From contig JBBRNJ010000016.1 of NCBI GenBank assembly GCA_038230375.1, forward strand, positions 32,001-96,000: a DNA stretch of 64,000 nucleotides. Reading direction: 5' to 3'. This DNA comes from Polyangiales bacterium (GTDB lineage: Bacteria; Myxococcota_A; Polyangia; Polyangiales; Polyangiaceae). The position numbers and the translations under genes were made by a program. The notes below the pieces were generated by a model that worked only from the letters and a program-made list of their open reading frames with translations, was not told the DNA's origin and did not search any database. Of the stretch, positions 58,610 to 64,000 are shown one piece after another; position 1 is the first letter of the stretch; each line of letters begins with the position of its first letter.

Positions 58610-59422
58610 TCACTTCGTGTCGCAGACCACGTCGTCCACGGCAGCGCGCCACCCCGGGTTGTCGGTGTTGGTCTCCAGGCCGAAGTGAACGGTCCCGACG
58701 CTGAACGGGCCCGCCGGCGGAATTCCGGCGTCAGTCGTGATCGGCACAACCACGCCGTTCGCCCACATCCGAAGCTTCGGGAGCTCGAACTCGATCTTGT
58801 TCCACACGCCGGGGCCGATCGGGACGTAGGCCAGGTTGGGCTGCGGTCCCTGCTCGACGAACGCGGGGAGGCTGTCGTTGCCCGGACGAAGGTCGAGCGT
58901 CATGGCGTAGTCGCCGCTCGCGCCAGTGAGCTCCGCGCGGAACACGGAGGCATACGCCCCAGGCGCCGCCTTCACGAAGTAGGAGAAGGAGCAGTGGATG
59001 CTCTGGAGCGGTCCCGTGAAGCTCTTCTTCAGGTAGTAGAAGTCCGTCCCGCCGTCGTTCTGGCCGATCACGAGGGCGCGTGTGCCCGAGGTCGCGCCGA
59101 GCTCGGTGCCGATGGTGTGGAACGCCACGCCTTCGTCGGCGCCCCAGAGCGGGCTCACGAACGCCGGATTGCCGCGCTCGAAATCATCACAGAGCGCATG
59201 CGAGCCAGTGCATGGTGTTGGCCCGCCACCAGCGTCTTTCGCGCTCGCCGCGCCGCTGTCGCTCATGCCGCCGTCGCTCACGGCGCCGTCGCTCATGTCG
59301 CTGGAGCCTGCATCCTTCGCGGGATCATTCGATGACGATCCGTCGGAGCCGCCGAACGCCCCGCATTGCGCGAGCACGAGCCCCGCGGCTCCGAGAACGA
59401 GAATGACTGCGCCCCGACCCAT
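58610..59422 (-). CDS. Secreted hypothetical protein
   Basis: Signal peptide; CDDFE motif; TACGCT 6 nt upstream of ATG. Confidence 0.7.
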   Translation of the reverse strand: MGRGAVILVLGAAGLVLAQCGAFGGSDGSSSNDPAKDAGSSDMSDGAVSDGGMSDSGAASAKDAGGGPTPCTGSHALCDDFERGNPAFVSPLWGADEGVAFHTIGTELGATSGTRALVIGQNDGGTDFYYLKKSFTGPLQSIHCSFSYFVKAAPGAYASVFRAELTGASGDYAMTLDLRPGNDSLPAFVEQGPQPNLAYVPIGPGVWNKIEFELPKLRMWANGVVVPITTDAGIPPAGPFSVGTVHFGLETNTDNPGWRAAVDDVVCDTK

Positions 59423-59459
59423 GCACCGAGCGTAGCGGACCGGCTCCGTTGCAGCAGCG

Positions 59460-59897
59460 CTATTTCGCGCGCAGGACCTTGATCGCGGCCTGGACGTCTC
59501 CGCCGGGGACGGTGAGCCCCAGCGTCTTCAGGTGCTTCATCGCCACGCCCGTCGCCTGACCGTCGTTGCCCGCCGCGCCGATCGCGTCCCTCACTGCGGT
59601 GAGATGCGTGACGATCTCGTCGGTGGTGAGCGCCTTGGGTAGCAGAGTCGCGAGGATCTCGTTCTCCTTGGCGAGGACCGCCTTCGCGGCCGCGTCGGCC
59701 GTTGCGGTGAGCGTCTCCTCGTTCGACTTGATCAGCTTGCGAACGATCTGGGAGACCTCCTCGTCGGTGATGTCCTTCCCCGCGCGCGCCTCCGCGGTCT
59801 GGATCTCGCCGAACGTGAGCCGCAGGATGTCGCGCTCCGCCTCGCGCTTCTCCTTCATCGCAAGGTTGATGCGCTTCTTGATCTCGTCTTTGAGCAT
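59460..59897 (-). CDS. GatB/YqeY domain protein
   Basis: MLKDEI...AMKE and E..IL..LLPKALT.DE. Confidence 0.88.
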   Translation of the reverse strand: MLKDEIKKRINLAMKEKREAERDILRLTFGEIQTAEARAGKDITDEEVSQIVRKLIKSNEETLTATADAAAKAVLAKENEILATLLPKALTTDEIVTHLTAVRDAIGAAGNDGQATGVAMKHLKTLGLTVPGGDVQAAIKVLRAK

Positions 59898-59973
59898 GAG
59901 CGCAGTCTAGTCGAACTCGGGGTACCGCGCGCTAGAGTGCGCGGCGCTTCCGCAGGATCTCCAGCGCATCCCC

Positions 59974-60759
59974 TCACATCTGCGGATTCGTGCAGTAGCC
60001 ACCGCCCGGCATCTTTGCGGCAGACTCGCACTCCTTCGTCGGAAGGCAGACAGCGTAGTACGAGTTCACATCGGCTTGCGCGTCGGGCTCGGTCTGCCAG
60101 GCGAAGCATGCCTGGCCGCCGGGACAAGCCTCTTTCGAGCTGCAACCGTGGCCGGTTGTGGGCACGCAGAGTCCTATCGGATGAAGCGGCGAGCGGCCAG
60201 TACAAGTGCGATCAGGAGCGCAGGCTGCGCAACTCCCGCCGCAGCCTTGCGCGCCACCTGGGATGGTGCACGAGGGAATGGGTGGTAGCGCATCGCCTGT
60301 CCATGCGCTGAAGTCGGCGTAGCGAAGCCGACCACCACCACCGTTGGCGGCGAAGAGAGGGCCCACTTCGAATGGCAAGTGCGAGAGAACCCGTGGGTCC
60401 AAGAGTTGGACGTACACGCAGTCGTCGCTACAGAGCCCTGGCGTGCCACTGAGGTCCGGAGAAATACAAAGGCCAAGCGAGTACGCGTCCGTGAACATGT
60501 CGCTGATCGCCAGCGAGCAGTCGTCGCAGAGCGCTCCGCCGTCGGGGAAGCAATGATATGGGCCCCCGCAAACGGCGATCCCAGTGGGTGATGCGCAGAC
60601 ACCAGCGTCCGCAATCAGCGCTGCTAGCGAACCGCTGTCCTCGGGGCCGCCTTCAGAGGTTGGAGCGCTCGGCTCACTTGCGAGGAGTCCGCAGTGCACG
60701 AGGGCTCCAGTGAGGCTCGCGACACCAAGGACGAAGGTGAGTGTTCGGACAATGCGCAT
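59974..60759 (-). CDS. Cys-rich secreted hypothetical protein
   Basis: Signal peptide; many Cys residues; somewhat lower GC. Confidence 0.65.
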   Translation of the reverse strand: MRIVRTLTFVLGVASLTGALVHCGLLASEPSAPTSEGGPEDSGSLAALIADAGVCASPTGIAVCGGPYHCFPDGGALCDDCSLAISDMFTDAYSLGLCISPDLSGTPGLCSDDCVYVQLLDPRVLSHLPFEVGPLFAANGGGGRLRYADFSAWTGDALPPIPSCTIPGGAQGCGGSCAACAPDRTCTGRSPLHPIGLCVPTTGHGCSSKEACPGGQACFAWQTEPDAQADVNSYYAVCLPTKECESAAKMPGGGYCTNPQM

Positions 60760-60774
60760 TCCGTGCTTCTCAGC

Positions 60775-61340
60775 TCAGTGAGCCGAGCTCCCGCAGCCTC
60801 TACCGCCGCCACCACAGATGGTCCCAACCGCGCTGAACGGCATGATGTCGAGCGTGGGGGCAGGAGATCCACTCGCGCAGTCGACGGTGACTTGCGCACG
60901 GGTGTTCCCAAGCCGGCACCCGGCGGTCCGAACGGCCGCTGAACCGCTTCGGGGAACGGCATCGCGACGGCGTTGGGGAGCGTGACGCCGTTCGGCACGT
61001 CGCATTGCCACGAGGGCGCAACGTCGAATGGAGTGACCGTAGCTACAAGAAACTCCTGCGTGGTTTGGAGGACGTCACCGCCGCCGATAGCCTCTAGCGT
61101 CGCTTCGTACTCGTTCGGATCGCGGGCCATCACGAGCGTCTCCTTCTGCGCGAGGACTGTCGAGAAGTTGTCCGAGTATGCCACCTTCGGATGCGAGACC
61201 CTAAACGTCGTCAGGGGCACGCTGCTGCCGAGGCTCTCCTGATTGAAAGCCTCTTCCTTCCGCGGATCAAGGACGGACTTGAAGCGGACCGTTCCGCAAC
61301 GCGCGATCATCAACCGTGCGGGGTGATTCCAGATGTCCAG
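60775..61340 (-). pseudogene. Probable frameshifted gene remnant
   Basis: The high-GC3 frame switches near 60900, from ...PFGPPGAG to ...QVTVDCASG...SAH*. Confidence 0.45.
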
Positions 61341-61425
61341 TGCGCGACGGAACGGCCTAAAAACCAGGGGCGCGGACCGATCTGCTGTTGTCCGATGCGA
61401 GCGACGCCTCATTACCGCTCAAGCG

Positions 61426-62592
61426 TTAAGAGCCGTCTGGCTCCAGCTTCACCAGGTTCTGGGCGAGCGCTGCGAGGCCGCGGAGGTCCTCGATCGCGCC
61501 GCCGAGATGCGGCGTTGCGATCGCGGCGTCGTTGCCGGTCTGTGCTCTGAGGTCCAGCAAGAGCCGACGGTCACGCTTCGCGCGGGCCGTCTCCTCGGCC
61601 GCGAGGACCTGCAGCTTGGGGAGCGCGGTGTGGAGCGCGGGGTCCACGGAGTCCCCCAGTGTGATCGCGGAGGGCGCGCCGAAGCCACGCGTGTACGCCC
61701 AGCTTCGGTTCAGCACGTAGCCCGCGAACGGGAGATCCAGCTCCGCTATCTTGCTCTTGAAGAAGGAGGCCTCCGCCAGCGCCGACGGCTCGGGGCTGGT
61801 CACGAGCACGAAGGTCGCCTCTTCACTGGTGAGGAGCGTACGCACCGCCTCGGCGTGTGAACGCATGCCGCCGAACATGCCACTGAAGGCGCCCAGGAAC
61901 TGCTGCAGCTCCTGGTAGAAGCCCGCGCCGAAGATGCGCGTGAAGACGGTGTCGATGAGGCTGGATGCAGCGGCCCAGAACGCGCCGCGCTTCTTGGGCA
62001 GGAACACGCCGATGACGCGCTCGTCCAGGAACATGGAGAGCTTGCGCGGCGCCTCCAGGAACTCCAGCGCGTTGCGCGACGGCGGCGTGTCCAGCACGAC
62101 CAGGTCGTAGTTGCCCTCCGTGGAGAGCCGGTAGAGCGCCTCTGCAGCTGTGTACTCCTGCATGCCGGCGACGATCTGCGACAGGTGCTTGTAGAGCCGG
62201 TTCTGCAAGATGGTCTGCGTGCGCTCCTCGCTGTCCGACAGGCCGCGCACCATGGACTCGAACACGACCTCTGGCCTGAGCATCCACGCCCACAGCTCAC
62301 CGTTGGCCGGGATTCCAAGCTCCGTGAGCTTCTCGCGCGGAACGGGCGACGGCGTGCGCGCTGCCTCGGGGATGCCCATCGCCTCTGCCAGACGCCGCGC
62401 CGGATCGATCGTGAGGACGAGCACCTTGCGGCCACGCGCCGCTGCCGCGACACCCAGCGCCGCGGACGTGGTTGTCTTCCCCACGCCGCCTGCACCGCAG
62501 CAGACGATGACCTTCTTCGTCGAAACGAGGGCGTCCAGGAAGGTGGGCTCGTGCACGATCACAGGGGGGAAGTCCGGGGGTCTCTGGCTCAA
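61426..62592 (-). CDS. ArsA/GET3-like ATPase, subunit B
   Basis: CGAGGVGKTT, TIDPARRLA and DTPP. Confidence 0.9.
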   Translation of the reverse strand: MSQRPPDFPPVIVHEPTFLDALVSTKKVIVCCGAGGVGKTTTSAALGVAAAARGRKVLVLTIDPARRLAEAMGIPEAARTPSPVPREKLTELGIPANGELWAWMLRPEVVFESMVRGLSDSEERTQTILQNRLYKHLSQIVAGMQEYTAAEALYRLSTEGNYDLVVLDTPPSRNALEFLEAPRKLSMFLDERVIGVFLPKKRGAFWAAASSLIDTVFTRIFGAGFYQELQQFLGAFSGMFGGMRSHAEAVRTLLTSEEATFVLVTSPEPSALAEASFFKSKIAELDLPFAGYVLNRSWAYTRGFGAPSAITLGDSVDPALHTALPKLQVLAAEETARAKRDRRLLLDLRAQTGNDAAIATPHLGGAIEDLRGLAALAQNLVKLEPDGS

Positions 62593-63545
62593 CGCCGCGC
62601 CTCGTGATCCCCGACGGGGGACACAGCCTCTTGCGCGAGCGTTTGGGCAAACGTCTGAGCGATATGCATGGTGAGGTCCGGCCCCGCGTGCAAGGTGTCG
62701 GGGAGCTCCGTGACGTTTGTCTTCACGCCCGTGGCGAATCGAGAGCGTGCGACATCCGCGCGCGCGATGCGATCAAGGGTGCGCACGCCCATCGTGGGCG
62801 GCAGCGAGGCCATGAGCTCCGCCATGGCGCGGCGCTCGTCGCCGGTGAACGGATCGTTGGGCACGCGGTTCAGGAAGGCGTGGCGCAGCGGGATCTGGTG
62901 CTCGCGGATGCCTGCCGCGAGCTCGATCGCCTCGCTCACGGGCAACGTCTCCGGCAAGGTCACGATGACCGCGCCCGACTTCTCCGGATCCAGCAGGAAC
63001 GCGAGCCCTTCCTTCACGGCGTTCGCGATCGGACCCACCTGGATGATGCGCAGCAGCGAAGAAGGGATCTGCGCGAGCGCGAGCGCGTGGCCCGTAGCCG
63101 GCAGGTCAACGACGATCATCTCGTGCTCCCAATCGCCGTCCGAGCGGGTCTGGCGCACCAGGTCCAGGAGCCTGTAGAGTACACCCATCTCTGGGAACGT
63201 GGGTGCGGCCATCAGGAAGCGCCGGATGGCGGCGGAGCGCATGGCCGCGTCCGCCAGGAGCTTCATGGGGAGCACGTCCTCGAGAAACTTCTTGTGACCC
63301 AGTGTGGGAGCCAGCAGGGTCGCGCGCAGGTTCTCGCGGACATCGATGGGCGTCTCGGACAGCCCTTCGACGCCGAGCGCAGCGCCCAGCGCAGATGTGC
63401 TGATTCCGTCCGCGGTCATCTCCGCGGCGAGCGTCCGCTTGCCCATTCCCGCGAAGGTCTGCGCCAGGGCGGCGGTGATGGTGGTCTTTCCCACGCCACC
63501 CTTGCCGGTGACCAAGATCGCGCGGAGCGAGAGCAGCGACTTCAT
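62589..63545 (-). CDS. ArsA/GET3-like ATPase, subunit A
   Basis: TGKGGVGKTT, DLPATGH and VTLPETLPVSE. Confidence 0.9.
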   Translation of the reverse strand: MKSLLSLRAILVTGKGGVGKTTITAALAQTFAGMGKRTLAAEMTADGISTSALGAALGVEGLSETPIDVRENLRATLLAPTLGHKKFLEDVLPMKLLADAAMRSAAIRRFLMAAPTFPEMGVLYRLLDLVRQTRSDGDWEHEMIVVDLPATGHALALAQIPSSLLRIIQVGPIANAVKEGLAFLLDPEKSGAVIVTLPETLPVSEAIELAAGIREHQIPLRHAFLNRVPNDPFTGDERRAMAELMASLPPTMGVRTLDRIARADVARSRFATGVKTNVTELPDTLHAGPDLTMHIAQTFAQTLAQEAVSPVGDHEARR

Positions 63546-63634
63546 GCAACGCTGGCCATACTACGCGGAATCGGGGGCTGGTGGGCGCGCTTCCTCGAAG
63601 ACACCACGCGATCGTTTCCGCTATTGTCGGAGGC

Positions 63635-64000
63635 ATGCGCAAGCTGCATGTGCGAGCACTTCGGAGCCATCTCGGTGCCAGCGCCCGGATGCTCCTCATG
63701 GGAGCGCTCATGTGTGTCACGGGGCCAGCCCTTGCGGCTGGACCGGCGGAGGCCGTCGCGCAGGAGCACAAGCAGGCGTGCATCACGGCGTCGGAGAGCG
63801 CGCAGCAGCTGCGCATGGACGGCAAGCTCGTCGAAGCCCAGAAGCGTCTCGTGGAATGCGCGTCGGATGCGTGCCCGGGCGCCGTGCGCGCGGACTGCGC
63901 GTCGTGGCTGTCGCAGGTGAATGCACTGATGCCGTCGATCGTGCTGGTGGCGCGCGACGGCACGGGTGAAGACCTTGCTGACGTGAACGTGACGATGGAC
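63635..64000 (+). CDS. 5' part of a secreted protein of the myxobacterial TPR/PEGA-like type; runs off the window
   Basis: Open from ATG 63635 (MRKLHV...ACITASESAQQLRMDGKL...CASDACP...DCASWL). Confidence 0.75.
   Translation, partial: MRKLHVRALRSHLGASARMLLMGALMCVTGPALAAGPAEAVAQEHKQACITASESAQQLRMDGKLVEAQKRLVECASDACPGAVRADCASWLSQVNALMPSIVLVARDGTGEDLADVNVTMD

Overview
High-GC bacterial DNA. Gene content points to Myxococcota, probably a Polyangiaceae/Labilithrix-like lineage (inference): many Cys-rich lipoproteins, a MYXO-CTERM-like tail, a Ser/Thr kinase-TPR protein and many sigma54 promoters. Housekeeping loci: pstBSCA with a Pho-box-like repeat, thrS, infC, a truncated dcw cluster (mraZ-rsmH-ftsL-ftsI), acyl-CoA dehydrogenase, malic enzyme, GST, a REC-GGDEF protein and an ArsA/GET3-like ATPase pair. 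Four things stand out. (1) A self-contained regulatory module at 33.5-36.1 kb: an RtcR/CARF-type sigma54 activator, three palindromic upstream sites and a -24/-12 promoter driving a single gene I cannot assign, which is not rtcB/rtcA. (2) A sigma54-driven sdpA-sdpB-sdpC peptide-toxin operon inserted between thrS and infC; the precursor looks like a lipoprotein and its putative core has no Cys and alternating Gly/Ala. (3) Many genes look leaderless (TAnnnT 5-7 nt before the start, or a sigma54 -12 element 13-14 nt before ATG), alongside an ATG-start IF3 with a poly-Asp tail. (4) A dispersed family of (GTCGAG)n-type hexamer arrays. I found no rRNA, tRNA, CRISPR array or transposase. All family calls come from motif recognition; no database search was run.
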